Source: Patescibacteria group bacterium
GTDB lineage: Bacteria; Patescibacteriota; Dojkabacteria; GCA-002793355
Reading direction: 5' to 3'
Assembly (NCBI GenBank): GCA_016860985.1
Contig: BOKM01000001.1
Coordinates: 2,310 to 66,309 of the forward strand
Length of the DNA stretch: 64,000 nt
Shown here: positions 40,301 to 50,292 of the stretch, piece by piece
Numbering within the stretch: position 1 is the first letter of the stretch
Layout: each line of letters begins with the position of its first letter
The notes under the pieces: generated by a model
What the model was told of the DNA's origin: nothing
What the model saw: only the letters and a program-made list of their open reading frames with translations
Databases searched by the model: none
Position numbers and translations under genes: made by a program

Positions 40301-43300
40301 ATGAATACAGCCACTAAAGAGTTCATATATTGCAAACGCTGTAACGTCATCCTCCGATTGTCTAGTAATGACATGAAGGAAGAGAGTGTATCTTGTCCAA
40401 AATGTAACACCATAAATGAATTAGTTACTGCTGTATCCCCAGCGTACTCTCCTAGAAAAGTAAATTGTACGAACTGCAATTCAGTATTAATGCTAAATAA
40501 TAAGGAGCGATTACGTGGTGCTTTAATACATTGCCCAGAGTGCAAGATGGACTTCAATAACACCCTCGAGCGACTTAACGAGATTCCGGAAGAATTAACA
40601 GTTGAATCGACAGCGGATAATAATAACGAACAGTCAAATATTTCTAAGTTTTCTACTCCACCTATATACCACAACGATAGTGCTCTTTCTGAGAATACTG
40701 ATAACAACGAAGCTATTCAAAAGTCAGAAGCAAAGGTTTCGCAAATTAAGTTCGACAAAACATTTATTAAACGTTTACTTGACAAACTAAAAGTTGGGAA
40801 TGCGAGATCAATTCATCTCAATGCAGTTCCTGGTAGATCTGCCACGAGACTTGACCTGTATCAACTTTCTGATATTGATAAGGATTTGCCAAAAAACTTC
40901 CTCGACAAGTTGATGACTAACGATTCTTTTTCGTTCACGATTTCGTATGATAAAGTAAATCTCGGAGAAATTGACGATGAAGCGAAAAGAAAACTTGCTT
41001 TGATTACGAAACGATTGAACACAATAGTCATTGAAAATACAGACAGCCTTTTAGAGTATGGATTAGAGAATTTTGGTTTTGGATATCCATTACTAATCAA
41101 GAGAGATCACAATGATCCAAGCAAGGTCGTAAAAGCACCATTATTCATCTGGAATTTGAACTTAGAGAGGTCCACTCAAAATAAAAACACATGGGTTATA
41201 AAAAGAGGCGAAGATTACCCAATAAAAATCAATGAGCTTTTGATCTCTCACATAACAAAGGATGAATCAATTCAGATAGAAAAGATACCTAAAGATATTC
41301 TCGAAGATGGCATCCTGGATGAAAGTGAACTCCTTAAATTAACAAAGGTTATTTTATCCCAATTAAATACCACAAGCATCCCCTCTGAAATTAAGTTAGA
41401 AAAGTGCCCGGACGCAAAGGAGATTGATGATATCGCAAATTCGAAGCCATGGATTCAATGGAGTGGAATATTCGGCATCTATAGGTCTCAGAATGAAACA
41501 ATAATTCACAGTACTGAGGAGTTGCTTTCACGTTTAGATGAGTTTTCAAGTGAAAGTTTGACTTTAGAACCATTTCAAACATCCACAGTAACTTCAGTAG
41601 AAACAGACCCAAGCAAAGAGGAGATCGTAAACACACTAACAAAGGATGAAATAAAGTTGATCCAAGGACCACCAGGTACAGGAAAAAGCCAAAGTATTAC
41701 AGCTATTGTTTCAAATGTTTTATCCAACAATGGGAAATGTTTAATCGTATGCGAGAAGAAGACAGCATTAGATGTTATATACACGATCTTAACTAAAATA
41801 GGGTTAGGGCAATTATCCATACTTATTGACGATGTAAACAAGGATAGAAAGCTAGTAATTGAAAAAGCCAGAACAATACGAGAGAGTCCAGGAGCTCCAT
41901 ATTTCTCCCAGCGAAGTTATAATGACCTTTATGCAAAGTTTTCAGCATTGAAGGAGAAAATAAATTCAAAGTATTCTGAGTCACTAAGAAGCGTGCTCGG
42001 TGATTTAAACTGGAAACAATTAATTGGTTTGTATCTACGATATTCGAAAGAAGTTTGTTTCAACGATATTCTGGGAAGACTAAACTACAATGATTGTAAT
42101 TTCAACTACGATGAGTACTCTCTCTTGGTATCATTCATTGAGGAGGCAAGTCAACTTTATAGTGAATTGGGTAATGATTCTGAATCGGCATTTGAGATTG
42201 TAAACAAGTCGATTTTTTCAACGCGTTATAAATGGACTGAACACGAAAAATTAAAGAGCGTAACATCCGAGTATCTTGATATCATTTCTGCGTTAGAGAA
42301 ATTTACTGCAGGAAAAAAACAAGGCGAGTTTGAGAAATTTGGTGTATCAACTTTTGATGTGGATGCGATTAATAACTCACTGAGCTTAATCAATTTGCTT
42401 ATCGAATCACTCGAAAAAGCCGTCAAATCATTTAGAAAAGGAACAGGGCTCATCGGAAAGGAGTTTTGGTGCCAAAATGCTTTCACAAAATTCATAATGA
42501 GAGCAAAAGCTCTATACACAAATAAGTATAAGACTTCCCTTTTGTTGGAAAAAACCATAATAAAGCACTTTAAAGAAGCGAAGAGCTTAATCTATGGGCT
42601 TCGAAAATATAATATTTCAATTAGTGAATTGGTACAAAGTAGTAAATACGAAAGTACTGAAGAAGAGCTCTCATATATTGGGAATATTATTATTGAGGCA
42701 AACACTATCAGACTTCAGATTGAAGATCTCGCTAAATACCGAGCATTTCTTGAAGACATTGAAACGCGACTATTGAAACTTGAGTCCACAAACGTCGTGA
42801 ACTATAAGAATACTAGGCTCGCCGACATCAAAAGCCTCAGTTCACTAAACAAATTTAAGGATCAACTCAAGCTTTTGTTTGAGCGATTATCATTACATCT
42901 TGACTCATTTGAAAGTTATCATAACTGGAAATACTTTTTAGGAAATATAGATAATTATAAGACTAAACTTGTAACAGCATTTCTTGATATTCCTCCTGAA
43001 AATTGGAGAAATTTATTCATCGCATGGTATTACCGAGGAGCTTTGCATAATTTTGAGAGTAAATCGAGTATCGGATTTAATAATTCCGACACATCTCTGA
43101 ATCAATTAAGTGATTTTTATTCTGAATTGAAAAAACAACAAATTGATCAAATAAAGTTCACATGGAGTACAAATCAATTCAAGCTTTTTGAAAAAACCAC
43201 TTACAATTTCAACCTGCTTTACAATTTAAGAAAGAACCATGTTGGTCCCAAAAACTCTCTTAGGAACCTTATTGAAAAGGACTTTAATCTATTTACGACA

Positions 43301-44719
43301 ATGTTTCCAATAATCTTAACAAACCCTGCGGCGGCTAACGCCATCCTCCCTCTAAAACAAGGCCTTTTTACCGTAGTAATCTTTGATGAAGCGAGTCAGC
43401 TAAAAGTATCTGATACTTTTACGACATTCATTAGGGGCCAGTACAAAATCATTGCAGGAGACGAACACCAAATGCCACCTTCCTCTTATTTTCAAAGTAA
43501 TGCAGATTTACTGGACATTGACGAAGATGATACAAATGATGTCTTCACAGAGACTGACGAGCAAATTGCTTTGTCAGAAAGTGAATCACTGCTTCAATAT
43601 GCGACAGACTTACCACACGTTAATAAATCGTACTTAGATTTTCACTACAGATCCAATCATCAAGCCTTAATTAACTTCTCAAACAACGCTTTCTATGGTG
43701 GCAATTTAGTTACATTCCCTCATTTTGAAGTTTACAGACCAATTGAATTTAGAGCGGTAAATGGGCGCTATGAAACAAGAACAAACCCATCCGAGGTAGC
43801 AGAAATCTTGAAGATTCTTCAGATAGAGATTCACACAAATCAAAATGGGAAATACCCTTCAGTTGGCATAGCAACATTTAATATTAACCAAAGAAACTTA
43901 ATAATTGAAACACTAAACAGGGTTGCCGAAGAAGATCCCACCTTTGGAAGTAAGTTACGTGAACTGAAAGAGAACGGGTTGTTTGTCAAAAATCTAGAAA
44001 ATATTCAAGGTGACGAAAGAGATATTATTATTATTTCAACAACATATGGTATTCAGCCAGACGGAACCTTCTCCCAGAATTTTGCTAGATTAAATAGAAT
44101 CGAGGGGTATAAACTTCTAAATGTATTGATTACCCGAGCAAAACATAAACTATATGTATGCACCTCAATTCCAAAAAACAAGTACATTTCCTACCCTGAA
44201 TTAATTAAAAGTGAGGGCAACAATAAAAGAGGAATTCTTTACGCTTATTTAGCGTATTCAGAAGCAATATCCGCAGGTGATAACGATACTGCAGAAGGAA
44301 TTTTGGAATTACTAAAAACCCAAAGTTATGAAAAACCTAGAATAATGTCTGCGAACGACGGACTATCAGAATCACCCTTTGAAGAAGAAGTATACGACCT
44401 GTTATCAAAACATTTCCCTGCGGAAAAGATCATTCAGCAGCATAAAGTCGGTGGATTCCGCCTTGATTTTATAATTAAGTCCAAAATTAAGGATATCGTA
44501 ATCGAATGTGATGGTAAGGCATACCATTCCACAGAAGAAGCATATGCTTATGATATGTTTAGACAAAAGGAGTTGGAAAAAATGGGATTCATTATATATA
44601 GAATTTGGTCAACCAACTGGTTTAGAGACAAGGAATTAGAAATGAGAAAACTTTTGGGTTTTGTATCAATTACTAACAATGAAAGTCCTGAAGTATTACA
44701 AAAATCATTGCCACTCTAA
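40301..44719 (+). CDS. SF1 (UPF1/DNA2-like) helicase with DUF4011-like N-terminal region and C-terminal Vsr-like nuclease; Hhe-like defence protein
   Basis: GPPGTGKS, DEASQ, GDEHQMPP, HYRS, QGDERD, NVLITRAK; 'ESPFE..V...F.LDF...IECDG..YH'. Four N-terminal CxxC. Confidence 0.85.
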   Translation: MNTATKEFIYCKRCNVILRLSSNDMKEESVSCPKCNTINELVTAVSPAYSPRKVNCTNCNSVLMLNNKERLRGALIHCPECKMDFNNTLERLNEIPEELTVESTADNNNEQSNISKFSTPPIYHNDSALSENTDNNEAIQKSEAKVSQIKFDKTFIKRLLDKLKVGNARSIHLNAVPGRSATRLDLYQLSDIDKDLPKNFLDKLMTNDSFSFTISYDKVNLGEIDDEAKRKLALITKRLNTIVIENTDSLLEYGLENFGFGYPLLIKRDHNDPSKVVKAPLFIWNLNLERSTQNKNTWVIKRGEDYPIKINELLISHITKDESIQIEKIPKDILEDGILDESELLKLTKVILSQLNTTSIPSEIKLEKCPDAKEIDDIANSKPWIQWSGIFGIYRSQNETIIHSTEELLSRLDEFSSESLTLEPFQTSTVTSVETDPSKEEIVNTLTKDEIKLIQGPPGTGKSQSITAIVSNVLSNNGKCLIVCEKKTALDVIYTILTKIGLGQLSILIDDVNKDRKLVIEKARTIRESPGAPYFSQRSYNDLYAKFSALKEKINSKYSESLRSVLGDLNWKQLIGLYLRYSKEVCFNDILGRLNYNDCNFNYDEYSLLVSFIEEASQLYSELGNDSESAFEIVNKSIFSTRYKWTEHEKLKSVTSEYLDIISALEKFTAGKKQGEFEKFGVSTFDVDAINNSLSLINLLIESLEKAVKSFRKGTGLIGKEFWCQNAFTKFIMRAKALYTNKYKTSLLLEKTIIKHFKEAKSLIYGLRKYNISISELVQSSKYESTEEELSYIGNIIIEANTIRLQIEDLAKYRAFLEDIETRLLKLESTNVVNYKNTRLADIKSLSSLNKFKDQLKLLFERLSLHLDSFESYHNWKYFLGNIDNYKTKLVTAFLDIPPENWRNLFIAWYYRGALHNFESKSSIGFNNSDTSLNQLSDFYSELKKQQIDQIKFTWSTNQFKLFEKTTYNFNLLYNLRKNHVGPKNSLRNLIEKDFNLFTTMFPIILTNPAAANAILPLKQGLFTVVIFDEASQLKVSDTFTTFIRGQYKIIAGDEHQMPPSSYFQSNADLLDIDEDDTNDVFTETDEQIALSESESLLQYATDLPHVNKSYLDFHYRSNHQALINFSNNAFYGGNLVTFPHFEVYRPIEFRAVNGRYETRTNPSEVAEILKILQIEIHTNQNGKYPSVGIATFNINQRNLIIETLNRVAEEDPTFGSKLRELKENGLFVKNLENIQGDERDIIIISTTYGIQPDGTFSQNFARLNRIEGYKLLNVLITRAKHKLYVCTSIPKNKYISYPELIKSEGNNKRGILYAYLAYSEAISAGDNDTAEGILELLKTQSYEKPRIMSANDGLSESPFEEEVYDLLSKHFPAEKIIQQHKVGGFRLDFIIKSKIKDIVIECDGKAYHSTEEAYAYDMFRQKELEKMGFIIYRIWSTNWFRDKELEMRKLLGFVSITNNESPEVLQKSLPL

Positions 44720-44849
44720 ATCCTTCAACGTTACTAATGTTTGGTAACTTTATTCAAGAAATTGAATCTAATAACTGCTATCCATAACTCATCGCAGTTT
44801 TGTTATATACCTACTAGACTTCCTCCCTTCTTTGCGGTACTAGTGTTGT

Positions 44850-46190
44850 ATGGAAAACACAATAAAAGTACCTGAATTACGCTACTGTCTCTATGCTCGG
44901 AAATCCTCAGAGTCTGACGAGAAGCAAGCAATGAGTATTGATAGCCAGCTTCACGAAATGAGTGATTTGGCAAAGCGAGATAATATCAACATCGTCGACA
45001 TCATTACAGAAAGCCATTCTGCTAAAGAAACTGGGCAACGACCACAGTTTAACCTTATGGTTGAAGGAATTAGTAGCGGAAAGTATAACGGCATTATAAC
45101 GTGGGCTCCAGATAGAATTTCGAGAAATGCTGGTGACTTAGGTCGAATAGTCGACTTAATGGATCAAGGCAAACTCTCACTTATTAAGACGCATTCCCAA
45201 ACATTTACCAACAACCCAAACGAGAAGTTCCTCCTCATGATTCTCTGCTCCCAAGCAAAACTAGAAAACGACAATAGAGGAATTAATGTAAAGCGTGGTC
45301 TAAAGAGTAAATGTCAGACAGGAGTAAGGCCAACAATGCCACCTCTCGGATATATTAACATCATGCGAGCAAATAGAATCTCAACAGTAATCATAGACCC
45401 AGAAAAGGCTCCAATTATTAAACAGATGTTCACGTACGTTGCTGACAAAGGACTTTCAGGAAGAACCATCCGAAAATGGCTAAGAAAAATTGGATTCAAA
45501 TCAAGAACAGGAAAAGACCTCGTTTTAAGTCTAATCTACAAAATGCTCAAAAATCCCTTTTATTATGGATATTTTAAATACGGTGAGAAAATATACAAAG
45601 GTTCACATGAACCTCTCATATCCAAACAAGTATTTGATAAAGTACAAATACAGTTGCAAACAACACCACGACAGTGGAATAAACAGCTCTACCCTTTTAA
45701 GAAGATTTGCAAATGTGGAAGTTGTGGCAGTAGTATAACTGCAGAAACGAAGTTTCGAGTAGTTCAGAATGGAGACGTTCATCCTCATATCTATTATCAC
45801 TGCAATAGGATAAATGACTATGATTGTCATGAACCCTATATAACGGAAGCTGAACTCATACAGCAACTTGTTGCTCTTATGCCACAAATCAAACTCGACA
45901 AAGAATACATTTGGAACCTATTCCAAGACGAAATCAAACGACTGAATCATCTACAACAAATAATGAATCTGAAAAATAGTGTAGCTTTTGAGACAACTCC
46001 ACATAGGAACAAGTCCAAATCCATAAAGGCGATTAGTGGAAAGGAAACCGAAATGATCAGAGATTATTTCCTACACATTCTTCAGTATGGAACACCGGAA
46101 GAAAGGCAGAACATATTAAGGGGCGTTAAGACGATATTCAAATTGAGAGATCGAGAACTAATGATCAAAAAAACGTCATTGATTACCTAA
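44850..46190 (+). CDS. Large serine recombinase (copy 2, 446 aa)
   Basis: Nearly identical protein to 22505-23845 except the last ~25 aa. Confidence 0.95.
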   Translation: MENTIKVPELRYCLYARKSSESDEKQAMSIDSQLHEMSDLAKRDNINIVDIITESHSAKETGQRPQFNLMVEGISSGKYNGIITWAPDRISRNAGDLGRIVDLMDQGKLSLIKTHSQTFTNNPNEKFLLMILCSQAKLENDNRGINVKRGLKSKCQTGVRPTMPPLGYINIMRANRISTVIIDPEKAPIIKQMFTYVADKGLSGRTIRKWLRKIGFKSRTGKDLVLSLIYKMLKNPFYYGYFKYGEKIYKGSHEPLISKQVFDKVQIQLQTTPRQWNKQLYPFKKICKCGSCGSSITAETKFRVVQNGDVHPHIYYHCNRINDYDCHEPYITEAELIQQLVALMPQIKLDKEYIWNLFQDEIKRLNHLQQIMNLKNSVAFETTPHRNKSKSIKAISGKETEMIRDYFLHILQYGTPEERQNILRGVKTIFKLRDRELMIKKTSLIT

Positions 46191-46215
46191 AATGAGTTAC
46201 TACGTATCTTCAGAG

Positions 46216-46644
46216 TTACAACTTTTTATAGTAAGCTAGTCCCAAAAAAATGAACCCAGCGAAAGACATAAAAGCGAAACCGATGATCTGGGTTATAACT
46301 CCAATATAATCAAACGATGAATCTATTAATGATGACGAATCGGCAATCCTGTAAGTTGAAAGAGAGGAGGATTGTGTAGTTGGAGTGTAAGTGGAGCTTG
46401 TATCTTGCCGTTTCTTAGTTCCTTCTACACCAGTATATGGATTGGTGTTTCCTTCTACACTCCAATTATTATTTACAATTCCGTCTGGGTCACTTCGATA
46501 ATATCCCTCGACTCGTGTTCCATCTTTCTTTGTATAGCCATTAACCCATACATCTGCATAAGCTGGAGAACTAGTAATGGCCACTGTTGCGAAAGAAAAG
46601 ACGATGAGAATTAGCACCAAAAGAAATTTGAATGCAGAAAACAT
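46216..46644 (-). CDS. Hypothetical exported protein with C-terminal TM
   Basis: Signal peptide; 'V.GY.K.DGT.V.GYYR..P...N.S..GN.NPYTG..GT' domain. Confidence 0.75.
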   Translation of the reverse strand: MFSAFKFLLVLILIVFSFATVAITSSPAYADVWVNGYTKKDGTRVEGYYRSDPDGIVNNNWSVEGNTNPYTGVEGTKKRQDTSSTYTPTTQSSSLSTYRIADSSSLIDSSFDYIGVITQIIGFAFMSFAGFIFLGLAYYKKL

Positions 46645-46733
46645 TTACAATTATACTAAATTTATAGTAACAATTATATAAACAGCAATGGAGACAATAT
46701 TGACTTATAGAAGTGTCAAATATATATTGAGTC

Positions 46734-47375
46734 ATGCCGAATCAAATTTCAAATACACTAAAAGGATACTGCCCACATTGTTTTACAAGTAGAAATTTCA
46801 ACCTTGACGAAAGGAGAGGGGCAATTATTAATTGTGCGAATTGCGAGAAGAACTTTACTGTACTCGATTCAGAAAAGATTATACTATCTGAAATAACTGA
46901 AGGTATGTGCCCACATTGTGGATCTGGTGTTCATTTTACATTACAACAACGTGCCGGAAGTCCCGTACTTTGTGTAAAATGCAAAAATGACTTTCTTCTT
47001 TCCGACATACACATTCTGCCCAAATATTCAGAGATAAACTATGTAAAAAAACTTGAAGAGTTGATGTCCCCAAATGGTAAAGTTGGAAGGAAAGAGTTTC
47101 TTTATAGCTACTTTGGAATCGCCTTAGGGAATTTCGTATTTATAACATTTCTGGTAGCGATTTTTGGTAATACTAATGAATACATGCTGTCGTCTATTCT
47201 AACTCTGATTGTCTTCCTCGCTTGGGGAATATCGGCGTGGGCTGTAATTTGTTTAGGAATTAGAAGATTGAGGGATATTAACGAACCTCCCGCAACAATT
47301 ATAGTCGCGTTTATTCCCATTCTTAATATTATTCTACTTTTGTGGCTTCTTTTAACTCCTTCAAAGAACAAATAG
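46734..47375 (+). CDS. DUF805 membrane protein with N-terminal tandem Zn ribbons
   Basis: 'G...RKEF', 'IRRLRD', 'IP.LN'. Four CxxC. Confidence 0.8.
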   Translation: MPNQISNTLKGYCPHCFTSRNFNLDERRGAIINCANCEKNFTVLDSEKIILSEITEGMCPHCGSGVHFTLQQRAGSPVLCVKCKNDFLLSDIHILPKYSEINYVKKLEELMSPNGKVGRKEFLYSYFGIALGNFVFITFLVAIFGNTNEYMLSSILTLIVFLAWGISAWAVICLGIRRLRDINEPPATIIVAFIPILNIILLLWLLLTPSKNK

Positions 47376-47408
47376 AATTTTTTTGAACTACTAATGTAGA
47401 CACATTCG

Positions 47409-47866
47409 GTTCCGAAGCTTCGAACAAAGGAGTATTATATTTTCTGATTTTTAGTGGTTTTTACGTATTACAGGACTACGTTTACACATTTCCGAAAGTA
47501 CCTCTCAAAACAATCGGAGACTTGGTCACTAATTGATAGGACTGACGGGACTTGAAGGAATTCAATGCAAAATGCGGGACATGTGAGTCTGGAACATAAA
47601 AGCACTTAATATTGACTACGCTGGCATTTATATTGTACAAAAATAAATGAAAGACAATTCTGTAAAAAAATTTTTAATACTAGTTGGTGTAGGCGCAGTG
47701 ATTGGATATGGAGTATTAGGTGACTTTGAAGGTGCATTCAGGGGAGGATGCGGTGGTGCTGTATTTGGCTTTTTCGCTGCATTAATTGATGACCAGTTAA
47801 AAAATTCTTAGGTCTGTTATTTTTTTATCGATATTAAACGAGACAAATGGGACAGTATAAAAAAGA
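47409..47866. repeat. Junction repeat copy 3 (right flank interrupted by a small gene)
   Basis: CGAAGCTTCG at 47413, CGTATTACAGGACTACGTT at 47464, core 47535-47557, GAGACAAATGGGACAGTATAAAAAAG at ~47840. Confidence 0.9.
47647..47811 (+). CDS. 54-aa glycine-rich membrane peptide (not in ORF track)
   Basis: MKDNSVKKFLILVGVGAVIGYGVLGDFEGAFRGGCGGAVFGFFAALIDDQLKNS; GxxxG repeats. Confidence 0.6.
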   Translation: MKDNSVKKFLILVGVGAVIGYGVLGDFEGAFRGGCGGAVFGFFAALIDDQLKNS

Positions 47867-47884
47867 GAAATATTGAATTGCTAA

Positions 47885-48592
47885 TCAGTTATTCTTCTCA
47901 CTTGCAATCTCATTTAATGCTTCTCTCGTAAAATCATTAATATTATTAAGAATACTTTTCCTGACCAGATAATCAGTTAGATCATTAGTATCAGATTGAA
48001 ATTGACTCAATTGATACTTCATCTCTGCAGTGATTACCATTTTTACATACTCAAAAGTCGAATCGTTATTGATTGGATTATGCTTTTCTTTATTAAAGTA
48101 GAAATCATTACCATCGTAAGACCAGCCAGACCTTGCTTTAATCGCGTTGACCAGAGAATTAATCAATTCTGAATTTTGATAACGTGAATAAGTGCGAGCA
48201 CTGCGTAACAACATTTGAATCGAGTACTTCACATCTTCAGTAATAACCCATTGTGTTAAAGTTTCTTGCTTTCTTAGATTTTCTATATTCTCATTCGACC
48301 ACTCGCAGTTTTGAAGAATTAAAGCAGTGACGTGAATAGGGTTTGATGTTCTCTTCACGGTCTCAAATATTCTTTTTGCATCAACATCAGTAAGTTGGTT
48401 AAAAGGCTCACGATATCTTAACCAATTAACTATATAATTTAATGCTTCCTCGTGTGATTTACCTGTCTGAGTAAGAGTCTTGTAAGACGCCATAGACTGG
48501 GTATAGACTGACCATTTTAACGAAAAAGTGATTCGAGGAATAAGGTATATGGCCGTGATGAGTACTAATAGGAATATAAACCACCCCCACAT
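47885..48592 (-). CDS. Hypothetical protein with N-terminal TM
   Basis: Long ORF; ATG start MWGWFIF. Confidence 0.65.
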   Translation of the reverse strand: MWGWFIFLLVLITAIYLIPRITFSLKWSVYTQSMASYKTLTQTGKSHEEALNYIVNWLRYREPFNQLTDVDAKRIFETVKRTSNPIHVTALILQNCEWSNENIENLRKQETLTQWVITEDVKYSIQMLLRSARTYSRYQNSELINSLVNAIKARSGWSYDGNDFYFNKEKHNPINNDSTFEYVKMVITAEMKYQLSQFQSDTNDLTDYLVRKSILNNINDFTREALNEIASEKNN

Positions 48593-48700
48593 GCAGTATT
48601 CAAGCAATTTAATTATAACTTTTATACTTAATTAGTAATCGCGTCAATACAACGACGTTTTGGTTTATCAATAATGCAGCTGGGGGTATATAATTGAATC

Positions 48701-49423
48701 GTGTCATTGCAGAAAACAACGATAATAGATACCAAGTACAACTTCCAAGCAGAGACTGAACCTCTCGACGCTGACAAATACAGCAAAACACTTCAAGAAT
48801 ACCATCGATTACTCTGGAGCAAACCACTTCCAAGGGGAAAGATGTTTGAGCTATCAAAGATTGGTCAAAACAGGCTTTATCATAAATCTGAGTTAGGTGA
48901 AGTTACTCTATCAAGTGACAGAGCAATTGCGACTTTTTCCCGATGGAAGAAAATGAGCCGTATAGTTAATATGATTCCCAGAGAGAAGATTACGGAATTC
49001 GTTAATACAACCGAGACAATCGGAGCTATTATGATTTGGCCGAGTAATAGAATCGGACAAATGACAACAATCAATGGAGAACGTGGATTTAACAGAAAAA
49101 TTAGTGACCGTTTAGACTTAACTATTGAATGCATTAGGCGCTACTATTTGGGGATTCCAAGTCCGCTTTATGTAGTATTTAAAAGATACGCTAGCTTCTT
49201 TTCTTTGTTTGGTGACTTTCGCGGATACATTGATTTCTTTCTACTCCAAGATGCAGTTTCTACTGATTATTTGAATGTAAATACTTCGCAACCATTCGAT
49301 AATTTCGAATCACAACCACTACCAAAGAATGTTGATGAGTATATTGAATATATGGAGAATACAATTGAGTTTGTTAAAGCAAGAAATCGAAGGATTGAGC
49401 AATATTCGATAAATTTGCAATAA
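48701..49423 (+). CDS. Conserved hypothetical protein (DUF6994-like)
   Basis: 'D.D..S.TL..YH..LWSK.LP.G', 'TING.RG', 'DR.DLT.ECIRRYY'. Confidence 0.7.
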   Translation: MSLQKTTIIDTKYNFQAETEPLDADKYSKTLQEYHRLLWSKPLPRGKMFELSKIGQNRLYHKSELGEVTLSSDRAIATFSRWKKMSRIVNMIPREKITEFVNTTETIGAIMIWPSNRIGQMTTINGERGFNRKISDRLDLTIECIRRYYLGIPSPLYVVFKRYASFFSLFGDFRGYIDFFLLQDAVSTDYLNVNTSQPFDNFESQPLPKNVDEYIEYMENTIEFVKARNRRIEQYSINLQ

Positions 49424-49432
49424 TATATCTAC

Positions 49433-50194
49433 ATGAATTACTGGAACAAGCTATACGACGAAATCTTAGGTTACTATTTCTGGGAACCCCAGCATCTAGG
49501 AAGGCAGAAAGGTGACAAGAACATCTTTAAAATATCAGATTACAAGAAACTTATTGAGCACTCAAAAAAACTAGAAGTTTCTCTGAATCATCAACTTTCG
49601 CTTTTCTTTAGCCTTGCTCCGAATGAGTTTATTGAAAAATTTTTTAACCAATCGTTTTCCAGACAATTCAATGATTCATTTGTATTTGATATTGCCGAGA
49701 TAAATGATTTTGTTGTCGGATTAAAGGATTTTTCACAACCTGACTTCTGGTTTGTTGGAGAAAAGCATATCATTGCGGTCGAAATGAAACTGGAGGCTCA
49801 ATCATCGGTACTTCAGTTTTTAAAATATTTAACTCTAAACATTCTTTATCAAGAAAGCAAGAAGACCAACAAAGAGTTTCACTTGCTTTACTTAACAAGA
49901 AACGGTATTGACCAATTGTGGGACAAAAGAGATGTCAATTTTGAGAACCTATATGACAAGGTACATGATATCGATCTAAACGCATTCAAGGGGAAAGGTT
50001 CTATAAAGCTTGAGTCATACAGACAACAAGTACTATCTTTAGTGCAAAATACGGAACAACTTGTTGCACATACCAATTACAAATCGTTTGGCGATTTACT
50101 GAAGCAGGAATTAGATACTACTGAAAATGAGATATTTAAGAAACTTCTATTAGGGACTATTGATGAGTTAAAAGACCGGAACTTGATCAATTAG
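49433..50194 (+). CDS. Putative PD-(D/E)XK-fold protein
   Basis: 'QPDF.F.....IAVEMK......Q..KY'. Confidence 0.6.
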   Translation: MNYWNKLYDEILGYYFWEPQHLGRQKGDKNIFKISDYKKLIEHSKKLEVSLNHQLSLFFSLAPNEFIEKFFNQSFSRQFNDSFVFDIAEINDFVVGLKDFSQPDFWFVGEKHIIAVEMKLEAQSSVLQFLKYLTLNILYQESKKTNKEFHLLYLTRNGIDQLWDKRDVNFENLYDKVHDIDLNAFKGKGSIKLESYRQQVLSLVQNTEQLVAHTNYKSFGDLLKQELDTTENEIFKKLLLGTIDELKDRNLIN

Positions 50195-50292
50195 TTGTGA
50201 TAGCTCCAAATTTATTCTAAAAAACATTTAGTGAACAGACATTAGATTTAGGTGTTTTAATAAAACCAAGAATGTTGAATTTATACAACAAT

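Larger units (their letters stand above)
24713..47557. mobile_element. Putative integrated element, unit 2 (22.8 kb)
   Basis: Bounded by identical cores. Carries ParB-MTase, TerS-like HTH, defence cargo and one intact recombinase. Confidence 0.6.

Noticed and set aside
40207-40707. 166-aa minus-strand ORF
   Set aside because: Antisense to the helicase N-terminus, with no recognisable motifs.
22969-45887. Duplicated antisense ORFs (22969-23154/45314-45499 and 23258-23542/45603-45887)
   Set aside because: They are shadows of the duplicated recombinase genes.
18491-47557. 23-bp repeats as a CRISPR array
   Set aside because: Copies are 6 and 23 kb apart, with no spacer periodicity and no cas operon.
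18491-47866. Classical integron (attC cassettes)
   Set aside because: No IntI tyrosine recombinase, and no attC-like repeat between individual cargo genes.
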